Positions 13,857-27,150 of a DNA stretch of 64,000 bases are shown piece by piece. A program made the translations under genes and the position numbers. The DNA is from Raillietiella orientalis (lineage: Eukaryota): NCBI GenBank assembly GCA_036172245.1, contig JAYWIR010000058.1, forward strand, positions 248,001 through 312,000. The letters run 5' to 3'. Position 1 is the stretch's first letter. Each line of letters begins with the position of its first letter. The notes below the pieces were generated by a model. The model made no database searches and was not told where the DNA came from. It saw nothing but the letters and a program-made list of their open reading frames with translations.

Positions 13857-15453
13857 CACATTACACACCAGAAGTCACAACAAAACAAACACTAGTGTCT
13901 GTACATACACCATCACCTTGTTTTCCTAAACAGGCTACGATTCTGGATGATAAGCACAATGATTCACAGTGGAATCAGTCTAACTAAGCTTTTGTCTTGA
14001 AAAAAAAGACAAATTTCAAAATGAATAAATCTAATAATTCCTCTAATGTGTATATCTCCAAAGACTCTTAAAAATGAGTTTTTCTTGTCATTTTTCCCTA
14101 TAACTTGTCGTCTATGGGAATAGTAACCTTATAACATTATATGCCTTTATTCTAGGGAATTTTGATGTACATTTATAAAATATATTTACAAAGCATTACG
14201 CTTCCAAAAGCAATTAATTCAATGTCAATAAAAATAACTTTAATTAATGTAAAATCTGATTTTGATATGATAATCTTACTATTAGAATGATCACAGCCGA
14301 ATGTAATTCATAGTTCCAATAGATTCCAAGGACTCATACTGTTTTACCTGTAGATTACCGGTTTTCACGTATAGTACATCAGTTCAAAGCCATTACTTTT
14401 ACTGGTAAAGGCTTTTTTTAACTGATACTAGTTTTGGCTAATAGAGTATGAAGTAATTGATGCTGCTTATGGTCTACTCTTAAATAAATACAAAGTCCTT
14501 GTTTCAGTGTCAAACATATTCATGCATGAAATTTCATAAAAACGTTTGGTTACATTGAAACAATTGAAATCTTTGTCATTCTTTGTAAGGAAATTTACTT
14601 TCAGAATGGAAGGAAAGATCGTGACTATGTATAATACAGAAAGTCCTATCAGGAACATCTACGGGAGCACAAGTATCATCTGTTGTGGCATACAAAATCA
14701 ATAATCAAATACAAATGAATGAACATGAAATATTCGAATGAAAAAAAAAATTTTACTTTGAATTTATCTTATATGATACATTGCAGATTTTCGATGAAAT
14801 AATGTTTGCAACAGTGACAAGAGAATATCAGAAGAATTCTATTGGATGTCCCGGATTTATCGACGGCAAAGAACATGAAGTCTCTGAATACTTCCTGCAC
14901 CCATATGTTCTACCTAATGCAAACATTTTTTTAAGCTAAAATATGTCAAATTGACAAATGAGGAAATGCATTTAAAGCACCTCAAAGATTTAGTGATGTT
15001 GATGTAGTTACATTGTATGTATGTTCACTTATACATTCAGTATGTGTATAGAAATATGCATACGCAATCATACACTTGGGCTTCTCTGATCTGTGTGTAA
15101 ATGATTTTGCTTTCCCCTTTTGAATAAATGTGCCTAAAATGGAAAGTACTTGAGATTTTCAAATTATATTGCGCACAGCTTATATCATAAGCTTATAAAT
15201 TATTAGAAAGTAAGGTTCCAGGGCTTGGGAAGATTTAAATTTGAAAAGTATGGAAGATATGAATTCATTGTGTAATTCATATTTGCTTTATGTATACAGG
15301 AAGGTATTTGGGAAGAGAATTCTTTTGCTCCAACTTCCAAGTAGTCAAGTAGTCATTCTGTTCATTGTTTTTCATATTTTTGCATTCTAAAGTAGAGGAG
15401 GGCGATGATGGGTTGTTTATAAAAACAAAAACAAAAAAAACAATATGTTTATT

Positions 15454-15490
15454 ATTCTATGACTTAAGTATAAACCATATCTCGGAATAA
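15454..15490 (+). repeat. Left copy of ~37-bp target-site duplication
   Basis: ATTCTATGACTTAAGTATAAACCATATCTCGGAATAA; differs from 16539-16576 by 1 indel and 2 substitutions. Confidence 0.85.
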
Positions 15491-16538
15491 CCTCTCGGGG
15501 AATTCATGACGGGCAAAAAGATCGCAAAGCCCAATAGGGATGTTGAGAGCCTCTGGTCGAAAGGAAGGAAGGCTTCTAAACGAATAAAAGCACTCTGGGA
15601 GTTTCGACAACAAGAACCCAGTATTACGGTGGAAGGAATACTCTTCACCAGCAGTGCAAGAAGACAGAGCATTGCAGCGAGAGCACGCATGGCAATCCCT
15701 CATTGAAAATCACGTTAGTCAAGGGAAGGCCATTCAGTGTGTGGGTATGCATCAGTCTTCAAGCTTCTTCCATACAAACGGAATCCACTTAAGATACCAA
15801 GACTACAGGTTCATCCATGCGGCAAGACTGAACCTTCTTCCACTAAGTGCTGGACCAACAAAGAAGGTTCATGAAAGATATGTTGGCGTTGCGGAACAGA
15901 GGACGAAACATTATCACATACGCTCAACAGATGCAAAAAGCACTCGCCTTTGACAATGCAGCGACATGATGCTATCCTGAAAATCATCAAGAAGGCCGCA
16001 ATAGAGGAAGCCAAGTGGACTCTGGTATTAAGCAATCGCAGAGTACCAGGAACCACCTCCACTCTAAAACCGGACCTAGTTTTGGAGAAAAGCGACCGAA
16101 TAGGTGTGCTGGACATCTGCCCATTTGAAAACGGAAAGGAGGCGTTCACCACATCTAGGAAAATAAAGGAAGCCAGATACAGGATGTCGCCATGCAACTC
16201 GCAAACACTGGGAAAATAAATGAAGTGCAGGCGATCCTTGTCGGCCCACTTGGAGCATGGGATCCTGAAAACGACAACGTTCTACAATACCCATGAATTC
16301 CGAAGCTGATAAGGCTACGGCAGCGGATGATAGCCACGTGCATCCGCTTTTCCAGCAGCATCTATGCAACACATGTAAGAAGAAAAAATGCAGCCCAACC
16401 AGATGATCTGGACAATGCTCTCACCCCGGAAGAGAGCACCGAGGAATCATGAGAAACACGGAGAAAAGATTATTCGCGAGAGATTCTCCAGAGCCATTCC
16501 AGCAATAGTGATTGTAATAACCCAAACGCTCAATAAAA
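15491..16538 (+). mobile_element. 5'-truncated, frameshifted RLE-type non-LTR retrotransposon (NeSL clade, Utopia-like)
   Basis: Across frameshifts: QGKA, RFIHAARLNLLPL, CCHC finger CWRCG..ETLSHTLNRC, RHDAI, KPDLV..D..CPFEN..K...Y (PD-(D/E)xK endonuclease), ILVGPLGAWDPEND, SSSIYATH. Ends in AATAAAAA and is flanked by direct repeats. Confidence 0.9.
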
Positions 16539-16576
16539 ATTCTATGACCTTAGGTATAAATCATATCTCGGAATAA
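16539..16576 (+). repeat. Right copy of ~37-bp target-site duplication
   Basis: ATTCTATGACCTTAGGTATAAATCATATCTCGGAATAA, directly after the element's A-rich tail. Confidence 0.85.
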
Positions 16577-17316
16577 AAACTTCACATAATTTATTACTAA
16601 ATTGTTTTGTTGAAATGTTTGTAAATAATGTACATATTGAAAGGAGAACCTAATAGGACACAAAATTGTCGCTTTGGAGACTCATGACTGATAATCAGTC
16701 TACTACCAAATATGTTTATTTACTTTAATTTCAATTATGAAAACATGTGAATGGTTTCATCGATATTTCGTATGCATTGAAAAGCAAAATACAATTCAAT
16801 ATCTAAACTTGAAAAGTTCTCCTTATAAATGCCTTATCGCGATTGGGATAAGCGTGTGAATGTTTGCATGTGACCACACTCGTGCTGCGATGCTGTTGAT
16901 GAGAGTGAACGTGTGAAGTAATTTGCAAGTAGCATGATTTAAATATAAATTTACAGATATGTGCTTAGTACGTCAAAAATATTGACAACATAGGTTAGGT
17001 TCAAGCGAATGTTTGATTCCTAGAATGAATTATGTAATTTTGAAGTTTGTCATGTGTGATGGATCAACACATTTTGTTGTGCGAGGGTGTAATTAACTTT
17101 AGGTTTTTATGAACATACAGTAACGTTAACTTCAAAATCTTTCCGGGAACATTCTTCTGAAAATGAAGTTATCCCTATGCATTGATTAAACACGAGTAGT
17201 TGATTCGTTGGTTGTGCATATAATTTTTGCAAATGTTTCCATTATATTCTTCTTTGAAAATTTATAAAACTTTGTTCCTTAGGAAAAGTAAAAGTTGTAA
17301 CCTATGTCAGATAATA

Positions 17317-20300
17317 ATGTTAAACATTTACTTTATATCTTTCGTTTGTTTGCATTTTACTGGTGCTTCACAAACAGGAGAGCCTCTTTTACTGGTGATA
17401 TTATTTGATGGCTTTCGATATGACTACGTAAATAAAACGTCATTGCCTAATTTCAAGAGTTTAATTAATCGTGGGGCTTACATTAGACAGTTGCAAAGTG
17501 TCTTTGTGACCAAGAGCTTTCCCAATCAATATACTCTCGTTACTGGAAGGTATGTGGAAGACCATGGAGTTCTTGGGTTCAATGTATATGATCCCGAAAC
17601 AGGACACATTTTATCTGCAAATGATTCAGCACTGTATAATTACAATAAGAACATAATTCCAATATGGGTAATTGGCTTTAATATCTGTAATAGGAATATA
17701 GTACAAAAATACATGTGTTCTAATTTTTTGGTAACTTCTAATTGTCCACCAAATGTTTAATCTCAGCAGCAGGCATCTAGAAAACTGCAAATAGTTTTAG
17801 CTTAGGGTATTTTCCCTTGGAAAAATCATTAAAATAATTTAGTTTTAAGATGACAAGCAGTACATTGTTTTGTGAGCTCTTTAAAAAATTTAATTTGTTA
17901 ACACAATGTAAGCTTATCGTGTATTAGCATTACTGTACAAGTTAAATAAATTAAAGTGGTATTTAGTCACACACTGCAGCTCTTTCGACATTAAGAAAAT
18001 GTGTATACTTATCAAATATTTGTTTAAAATCGAATTTTTGTCAAACTTTTATTGAAAAATCCCGGGCTTGTGAAGTATTTCAAAAATACAAACAAGTAAT
18101 TTGACATAGCTTAAGATATTGAGATGAAATGTTGAATTTAATACATTTCAACTGATTCAATGCATGCATTTGTGTAAACATGTAGTTATATATTTCATGG
18201 AATAGGTGAGGCATAATTTTCTTGAAACTTTGAAAATCAAAAATAATGAACCAAATCAAACTTTATATTGTAAAAATGGTTTATGTAAAAGTTTTTCTTG
18301 AATGATTGGATGATTTCATAAATTTTAATTTCATAATCAGTTGGAGGAAAAGTCAAGATCTAGTTATGAAAACTATTTCAGTGGATCATAGGTTTTCAAT
18401 TTTTTTTCACAGGTAGTTTAGTTATAAGCACATGTGTTGTTTAAGAGATCAGGGGCTTTTTACTTCTCAGTGGAAATTGTATATCATTTTTTAAATATAG
18501 ATTCTTGAAAGTTTGGAAAGAAAGCTTGGTTGAAAATTTTTTGCAGACTTTAGCATTTGATTATTTATACATATTTCATGCTATAAGATTGAGCAGTGTG
18601 CTGGGAATGAAGGCACATTTAAAAAAGAAAAGAATTCATTGTGCATTTATTGATATTTAGTTGCTAAATGTACCTGCAAAACCTTGGCATAGTTCTGAAG
18701 AAACCTATGAAGTTATCTTATGGTTACATTAAAAGCTAATGTACATAGTGCAATGTAAAACTGATTTGTATGGAATATTTCATGACAGCTGCATTTAAGC
18801 AGCAGAACAGTCTTTATTAATAGCTTGAGAAGGAGTACAGCCAAGCCTTAGTACTTTTCTAATTTAATCATGCACTGAATTCATTCTAAAGAAAGGTGTA
18901 TTCATTTGGATTTATGGAAGGTGCTTTCAAATTAAAACATAAGTTTATCTTTTTTTAGTTTTTTCCAACCGATACTTCTGCATTAAGTAAAAGTACATAC
19001 ACTAAAATACCTAATTAATTCATTTAAAATTAAAATTGATTAATTTCAAAACTGCAAAATGTTTCTTGTTGAAATGAAAATAACCTAATAAAATAAACAA
19101 TAAATTGGAATTTTTATATTTTTGACCTCTTTTGAGGTTACTTTATAAAGTTGCATATTTTAGCATTTTGAATTCAAACAAAATCGGCTAAGAATAGCAT
19201 CTAAAATGAAATCAATATCTCATTAATCTAAAGAAAAGATTTAAAGTGAAAATTTCACAAGAATGCATGGTGAACCATCAAGAACTACAAACTACTGAAG
19301 CTTTATCAAAATTCCAGGAAGATTGAGAAAAATAATGCAGATTGTGCCAGTTAGCAAATCAGAATGCTGAGTTGATTCTGGAAATCTATAGCAGTTTTAC
19401 TGTAGAGCATTCAGGCTGAAAGTTGGAAACTGTTTGCTTATGCAGCAAATCTTTTTATTTTAACTTTAACATTAAATTCTCAATGTGACTACTTAGGAAT
19501 ATTCTTTTTTTGCACTATGGCATTGTAAAAGTTTTAAGCAATTGAGAAGTAATTAAACTAAGCATTGTGTTATCTACAAGTGGCTGGATAACTACTGTTG
19601 TCATAGTTATGTTTAATAATTAAAATGGAATTGTTGTTTAAAATTTATAAAAACTTCCTTAGCAATAGTATCTGTGAGCCATTAATGGAGTTTTATTTGG
19701 ACAAATTGTGTGAAAACAGTGTATTGAAAAGTTGTAACATGAGTTTAGTTTTCTTTTGCTTGTGCATCTTCATTAATATTGTATTTATATCATAAAAGTT
19801 TATTATTAAAAATATGATTTTTTATTGCTTGCAGAAATTATTTTAAAATAACGTCATGTTATTTTTAAAATTGTTATTTATTTTAGAATAACGGCAAATA
19901 TTAATTCATTTTAGACAGATTATCAGTTGTACATCATCATAGCACATGCCTTACTTAATAAATTTTAATGCATATTAGATTCACTTCCAATTATTGCTGC
20001 CATGGATAAAAAATTTTAAAAATTGTTGTGTATGTGTTATAAGTGTAATGAAGCTATAATGACAGTGCTTATGTAAATGTGTGGCTAAAGTCTTACAGTA
20101 TTGTATTTACATGCATCTGTAAATCTACATTTATATTTTTATGTAATATATTGGTATATTTGTAAACATATATTAACATACAGTATGTAGATTCATTGTA
20201 GAAACCAATGCAAAAGTTAAAATGTTTCATGATTGATTTGAGAAATTTGTTTCTATTAGAATTCCAATGAAAAGTTACGTGGTCATTATAGTGGAAGTGT

Positions 20301-23300
20301 CATGTGGAATGGAGCACATCATGTGATAAACAACCATAGCATCACATATAAGAAAGAGCTTAACAGCAGCATGTCCTGGTTAGATCGAGCAAAGTTAGCA
20401 ATTTCTTGGTTTAAGAACAGTGATAAACCAGCAAATTTAGTGCTTTTATATATTGAAGAACCTGATTTAACTGGCCATTCCTTTGGTCCAGATTCTCCTG
20501 AAGTTGTTCAAGTGCTAAAAAAAATTGACAGCTTTGTGGGTCACGTTATGGATTTACTGAAAGCAGAAAATTTAATTGATGATATGAATGTCATTTTTTT
20601 GACTGACCATGGAATGGAAAATGTTGATGTGAGTCATGTAATTGACTTGGAAGAAATTGTTGGACCAGGAGCATGCCAATTTTTCGGAGTAACCCCAGTA
20701 TTGCACGTTCTGCCAAACACAGGTAAAGTATTAATTTTTTTTTCTCTTGACAAATTAGTTCTCAATTTATGTGGTGATATAATTTTACACTTTGGAAAGA
20801 TATTACAACTGTTAGTATTTGTGATATCATATAATAAAATGCTACAATTCAGTCTGAATTAATGCAAAGTAAAAAAGATGAAAAATTGGAATGTGATTTA
20901 TATACAATGTACATATATCATGTATAACAAGTTATACATTAGTTACATATATGTGTTCAATAAAATTGAAAATAATCTTCAGGAAAAAGGTAAGATTCCA
21001 GTATTTTTTGAAAGAAAGAATGCTAATTTGATTTTGTCTTGATTATGTTGCTTGCAATAATATGTAAGTTCATGTTGTGGTATATGATTTGCAAGAATAT
21101 CACATTTTCTCAGTTGCTGCTTCATCTGAATCCTTAAGATTCATTTGGATGGATTCTTAGAAAAGGCCTCATTTTGAAAACTAGTAAATTTGTCATATTC
21201 CCTGTTGCTTCTACTCATGGTGTATTATGTATTATTTTAAATGGTATTCTTTACTTGGAGTTGCAGCATTTTAATATGTATAACAATGTAATTGTGTACT
21301 GTTGGTGTAGTATTAGATATGAATTTCATTCTGTATGTGCATGTATTTCAGAAGTTTGGTGCATAACCAAAGAAAGCAGGGAACTCATGTTTCTTGTTTC
21401 CTGCTCCCTGTTTTTTTTTTGTTCGTGATGTACTTAGTATATCAGTTGCATCAGTCCTCTATTCATGATTAACTAGAGTCGTATACACATTTGTTGTACA
21501 AATTTACACACATTTAGACACATGTGCAAATTTAGAGTTTCAAAGATCTCTCTTGGTAAATCGGAGAGTAGATGCTTTTCTTCATTTCGTATATATTTTC
21601 AGTAGCATTCTGTTTTCATTGAGTTAAATAAAAGTAATTCCATTCCCATTCTCACTTCTAGCTAGAGTTCATGGTGTTGTATAATGACTGTTCCAGTTTC
21701 TAGGAAGTCCATTAAATAGGTTACTTTTAATTGAAAGTAACCAATTAAATAGCATCACTTCGTGTTTTCATAATCCAATAACTCAATAGAAATGTGACAG
21801 ATGGGATGTTACAAACTGTCAACATCCCATCTGTCATTTCTGTTTGTCGATTTGGAATAAGAATACAGAAAATATGAAAGAAATGTGTCTAACATTGTCC
21901 TTGTTCTATTGAAATATTTTTTCAGAACTATTTTTTTTTTGTAAAGACCTTATGATCAGAGTCTGTAAAACTAAATTGCTGCAGAGTTATTTTTTCTGAT
22001 TGACTTTCTCTACAAGCCATTAGTTAACAAAGAAGTAAATGGATGCCATGTTTAAGTAATATTCATTTGTGTGAATGCTGAGCAGATGTAGTTTAAGGAA
22101 AGATTTCCATATTTGTAATTTTGCCTTCAAGTACTATGTGCTTTGCAATAAATCTGTAATGTTGTAAATTTTAGAGGTTTTAATTCACAAATGTTAATGT
22201 ATGTAATTTTTACGTATAATCATTCCTGGGTTATTTATATAAAAAATTATATGGGAGTTTTAAGAGCTCATATATTTTTTAACCTGCTTTGGTCTGTTGG
22301 ATTTAATTTTCAGAGTTCTCAGTCTCAATTTCATATGTTGTGACCACAAATTTGTTTTAAAACATACAAATCGATGTAAACAATTACAACCCCTGGCAAT
22401 ACGCAAATTCATTTTCAGGTCAGGATATTCAAGTATATGAGAAGTTAAGAGAAGCTTCTAAAACACATAATTTTACTGTGTATTATAAGGATGTAATCCC
22501 TGATGAACTGCATTATAAATTCAATCAGAGAATTCTGAACATTATTGTGATTGCAGATGAAGGATTTTCCTTTCAAGATCTCAAAAGTAAATAATTTTAT
22601 TCATTAGAATGCATTTTGTTAAGAATTATCAGATCTGCTTTCTTCTAGATGCTAGCTTACATGGAAATCATGGATATTACCCAAATTTTGAAAATATGTA
22701 TGGTTTTTTTATTGGATTTGGACCACAATTTCGAACAGGTGTAATGGTGAAGAAGGCCCGTAACTTAGATGTATATCCATTGATGTGCCATATTCTGGGT
22801 ATTGATGCAGGTCCTCACAATGGTTCACTTGATGAAATAGGATCCCTCTTAAAACAAACAATGTTTGATAAGAAAAACAGAGATTTGCTCATTGGTAATT
22901 ATGGCAGTGAACGAATCCGATGTAACTATGTACAGTTCTGAGTATTTTGGCATTTATAACCACATTATCATTTGCCTCCATTATTACAGCCCTTGTTTGT
23001 GGACATATAAGGCGACGAGGGAAATCTGTAGGGTCCAAGATTAAACCATTAAGGTAAAGTAGTTGATTGTGGATTTATGACATTTAGCACAAATTTTTGT
23101 TGGAATTTTTTGATATCCTTCTGATGATAGTCATGTTGTAGTGTTTATACTTCAGTTTTGCTATAGTATTGAAAACGTATTTAAGAAATGTGTTTGGTGG
23201 TGGTCTTGTTTTATTCAAGTGTTTTTTTAGAACTGTTTTGTATTAATGTCATAAATAACTTAGACGGTTTTTTAATTTTTTGTTTTATATTGCATGAAGG

Positions 23301-24473
23301 AATTTTTTTGGATGGTATGATCTGTATTTTACATTTATCATAAATTTTATATTGCAGTGGAATATCCTATTGAGCTATTTATTATTGTTTACTTGTTTCA
23401 AATCAAAGTCTTCCGTATCAAAAACTAACATGGTATCAATGAATTTTGTATAATCATTTTTATCAGAATGCATTTAAGGCACAATATGGGTAATGTAAGC
23501 TGATCTTTATGGACATCATTTCCAAACTATTAGAATTTTAATATTCAATGTAGACCCTTTCGTATATGCATCACATTCATTCTGCACAATACATCATACT
23601 CCTGTTTTGTTTAGATTAATGTTTCTTTTGAATGCCTTTAATTAGTTTACAAAGTCAACATATAAAAGTTTCAGATTTCTCTTTGCCTGTAAATCTGTTC
23701 TTGAGGTGTATTCTATAGTTCTTCTTAACAAATGATTGAATGTTAGAAAAACCATGTAGCATCTCAAGAAATAGGAAATCTAAATACAGCAGCATTTTGT
23801 ATTTTGTTGGATTATGTGTTATGCACTTTTGCTTATTCATTCAAAAAACTTAGGTGAACAGACCATCTAAGGAAGGAAACACCATGGAAATGCATCTGGT
23901 GTTTTTATGGACTAAAATTTTGTACTGTTAATTTTCGCAATATTATGCAGGACATAAATAAATAGGACATTTCATAAATTCCTCAAAATAAATATAAATT
24001 TCACTACAAAACAGCTTTGCCTTATTTATTCATGTCTCTAGTTTGTATGAATAAAAACTTGGTAGTGTGATGATTTTGATATCTAAGTTGTCCCATTTGA
24101 TTCATGGTGTTTACATTCAGTTAAAGTAATAATATAGATGAGAACCCTGTCATTTTATTTCAGTCAGTGAGAAATGTATTGAGTACATTAAATTTTATAA
24201 ATATTGGTAATGAATGCAAGAATATAAAAGGTAACTGATAATTTCTACTTGTTGTCGCTACAAGAAATATATGCTTATGACCACAGTGGCAGTCTTTCCA
24301 AATGCTCTATAGTTTTCACTTTGATACTGTTTTCTGAGAGTTCATTAGAGATTCCATCTATGTACCTTTTTGTTTCTTTTAGGTCTCTCTCAAGAGAAAA
24401 GGAACTTTGCCGAAGGAAACGTACTGAAGAGGGGCAGCATTTGTTAGTGCCTTCAACGTTTGAAGAATTATAG
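17317..24473 (+). CDS. Ectonucleotide pyrophosphatase/phosphodiesterase, ENPP4/5-like, with signal peptide and C-terminal TM helix, 6 exons
   Basis: Exons 17317-17667, 20260-20722, 22419-22586, 22649-22894, 22936-23053, 24383-24473. All GT-AG, phases consistent. Motifs FDGFRYDY, TKSFPNQYTLVTG, EEPDLTGHSFGP, TDHGM, GNHGY, GPHNGS. TM segment VLSILAFITTLSFASIITALVC. Confidence 0.92.
21758..21872. repeat. Long imperfect inverted repeat (foldback or hairpin) in ENPP intron 2
   Basis: Perfect 16-bp arms 21795-21810 (TGACAGATGGGATGTT) and 21821-21836, a 10-nt loop, and imperfect outer pairing for ~35 more bp. Confidence 0.75.
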
Positions 24474-25899
24474 GAAGAAATTTTATGTGTGTTTCTAGTC
24501 TTACTTTGTGTTTTATATTGCATTATTTTGAGCCAAAGAACGTTTTTTGAATAAAAGATTCTCTGATAAATGTAGTGTTGTGTATTCATAAGATTCCAAT
24601 GTTACAAATCTAATATTAAGCACTGAATTCAGATTTCAGAATTTAGATTTCTCTACGTTTTTTCGATTCTTTTGTGACCTTTGTTTGCAATTTGCACTAT
24701 TGTTTGTAACTCATTTTCTTATGATTGGCAAATTTTTGGTTTCATTTGGGATTACATGATTTTCCTCTTGACAACACAGATGCCGTCATTTTATATATTT
24801 GAAAATTTTTTCTTCATGTAAAAGGATCATTATTCGTGCCTACTTTATGAATTTAAAGTTATTCAAAGTAAATGTGTAATGCCATTTGCGTTTTCCGTTT
24901 CAAAGCGTCAAAACCCGTCTTTCAGACTTCTGCTGATTCTAATCTTACGTGAATCGTGATTTCAACATCTTTATGGCTTATAAAGTTTTCCAGTTTCTTA
25001 AATCGCAGTGATTATTGGATGGCTTTCATGAGACTGTTGATTGCAATTTATTACCATGCCTTCTGTTAAGAAGACACGTTTTATTCATGTCCCAGAAATG
25101 AATCGTTTTCACATTCTTTGCATTTTATGACCCTATTTTTTGCACAGATAAACTAAGAATCACTACCTGTAATGAAGAGAAGGATCTGGATACATTTTCA
25201 GCATACGCCCCCCAATTAAGACTCGAAAACATTATAGCAAATATGCTGTGCTTTCGGTTTTTAATAAAACTATATATGCTGTAGCTTCAAATACCAGTGA
25301 GGTCTCTTTCGAATTGGTCTGGCTTCGTTCTTTTTAAAAATTCCACATGTGAAGATAATGCTTAGAATGTGTAGATTACAAAATCATGTAAGGTAACGCA
25401 AAGTAATGTAATTAACTATTAAAGGGTTTTTTTCCTTGCATTACAATTGACAGCGGCATTATAAGTGATAAACTTCAACAAAAAGAAGTTTTGAATTTAA
25501 AAAATGAGAATCATATGGAGTGCTTTAGCAAACTTGGAGTTTAGATTCTATGAGCAAAAATTCACAGTTTGCATGGCAGAATGTATCAACTGTGATCTCT
25601 GTGCTGATCTCATGATCTCATCTTAATGCGGGTCTTTAACATCAATGAGTCATTTGCGGTGTCTTGAGTAAAGTACAGTGATATTTAAACTGGAAGCTCA
25701 GGAGACGTACATCACCGTGCAAATAAATTTTGATGATTTTTTTTTTTGGAAGTTAAATCGTTAAAGCAAAGTTGGCCACAGTTTCCATTTTACGGTATTT
25801 TTTTGAAAGTCTCTAGAAAGAATTTTTCAAAGTGTAAAGAACAGCGTTTGATGCAGCATTGCAGAAAACTTTTAAATCAAGTAATTGTGCATCCAAGGG

Positions 25900-27150
25900 G
25901 TATTGAAAACAATTTTGTCAATTTATCGCTATCAACGGCGAGTCCAAGTTCCAGGAAAAAGTATCCGATTCTCGCGGGAAAAGTTTTCGAAAAGATAAGA
26001 TAATGTTCATGTCATGGGAAACCGATAATGACGTGCCCGGAAATAGACGGAGCTGTGTTGCAACGATTATAGTTTTCGAAACTGGGCTTTAAGTTGTTAA
26101 AGTAGATAGTTTTTTTGAATCTCTCTTGTGAGCTTCACAAGAAAGATGGAGTCGGCAGAACATCTTAGAACTTAAGCGGTCCATGCACGGTATTCAATTG
26201 CTGTAAATACTGTGAACTATTTCCATGGAATAAGATGAATTGATGGTCGCAGATGATCCTCAGAAGAAGAAGAGTCCATTTCTCTGTTATAATGCTAATC
26301 TGAAGAAAGGTGTAATACTCGTGATTAGGAGGGGAGGTGTCGAGACTGATCGGATCAAGAATCGGTAAAAGAAATGCAGCAGAAAGGTTTTTGTTTTTTT
26401 TTTTCGAATGGAAACGAAAAAGAGGTGGCAAGCATGAACTGTGGCGTTATAAGCTGATCTATTAATTCGGGATTTTGAAAGATGAAATGCAACTGGCCAG
26501 GCTAGGGGGGGAAATGATGTATTACAGCGGACACATCAGCAATCCGAACTTTTACCGAAGAGGTGAAAAATCCAGATTACGGTACCTCTTGATCCAACAG
26601 ATGAGCAGTTATTTTGAAATAAGTAACCTTAGCGAATTTGAGGGAATATTGCGAATGTTTTAGAACTTGAATATGTTGCATAGAGTAATAACTGAGTAGA
26701 TTAGTAGGTAGATTGTCTTCGTGATTTAAGAATTTTCCACTGGATGGCGATGCCTCTTTTCAACCCATTTCTTTGGAACAGAAAAAGCGCTGATGGACGC
26801 ACGAGGATCAGTGGTTTACGAATACACTAGAACATTTCGAGGCTTCCTGAATCCAAGCAGTAGTCTTTTGACCCTACAAACTTCAATCACTGGAACCCTC
26901 AAAAGTTTTCTCAGTACATTTGTTTCTTGAACGGCAGGTGGGACGGCGATACTTTGGGAACACAAATCATATAAGCAAGTAATGAAGCGATCGATTATTG
27001 GATTTCATCACGCAATATTCGCTTGATGTCAGCTGTTTTAAGGGCACTTTTGCTGATATCTGACAACAGTATCACAACTGATTTCTGGTAGAAATATGTC
27101 AAGGAATCATTTTATGTCCCCTTTGCACGGGCATTATATTTTTTCCTTTT
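25900..27150 (-). mobile_element. Possible decayed CR1/L2-like LINE fragment
   Basis: Minus-strand VIEVCRVKRLLLGFRKPRNVLV (~26850) resembles the ORF1 RxG...KPRxxxV signature. Downstream IITEKW and VIIGF weakly echo APE motifs. Weak evidence. Confidence 0.25.

Noticed and set aside
15454..15490. U2 snRNA gene as the target of the Utopia-like element
   Set aside because: No match to U2 hallmarks such as GTGTAGTATCTGTTCTT on either strand.
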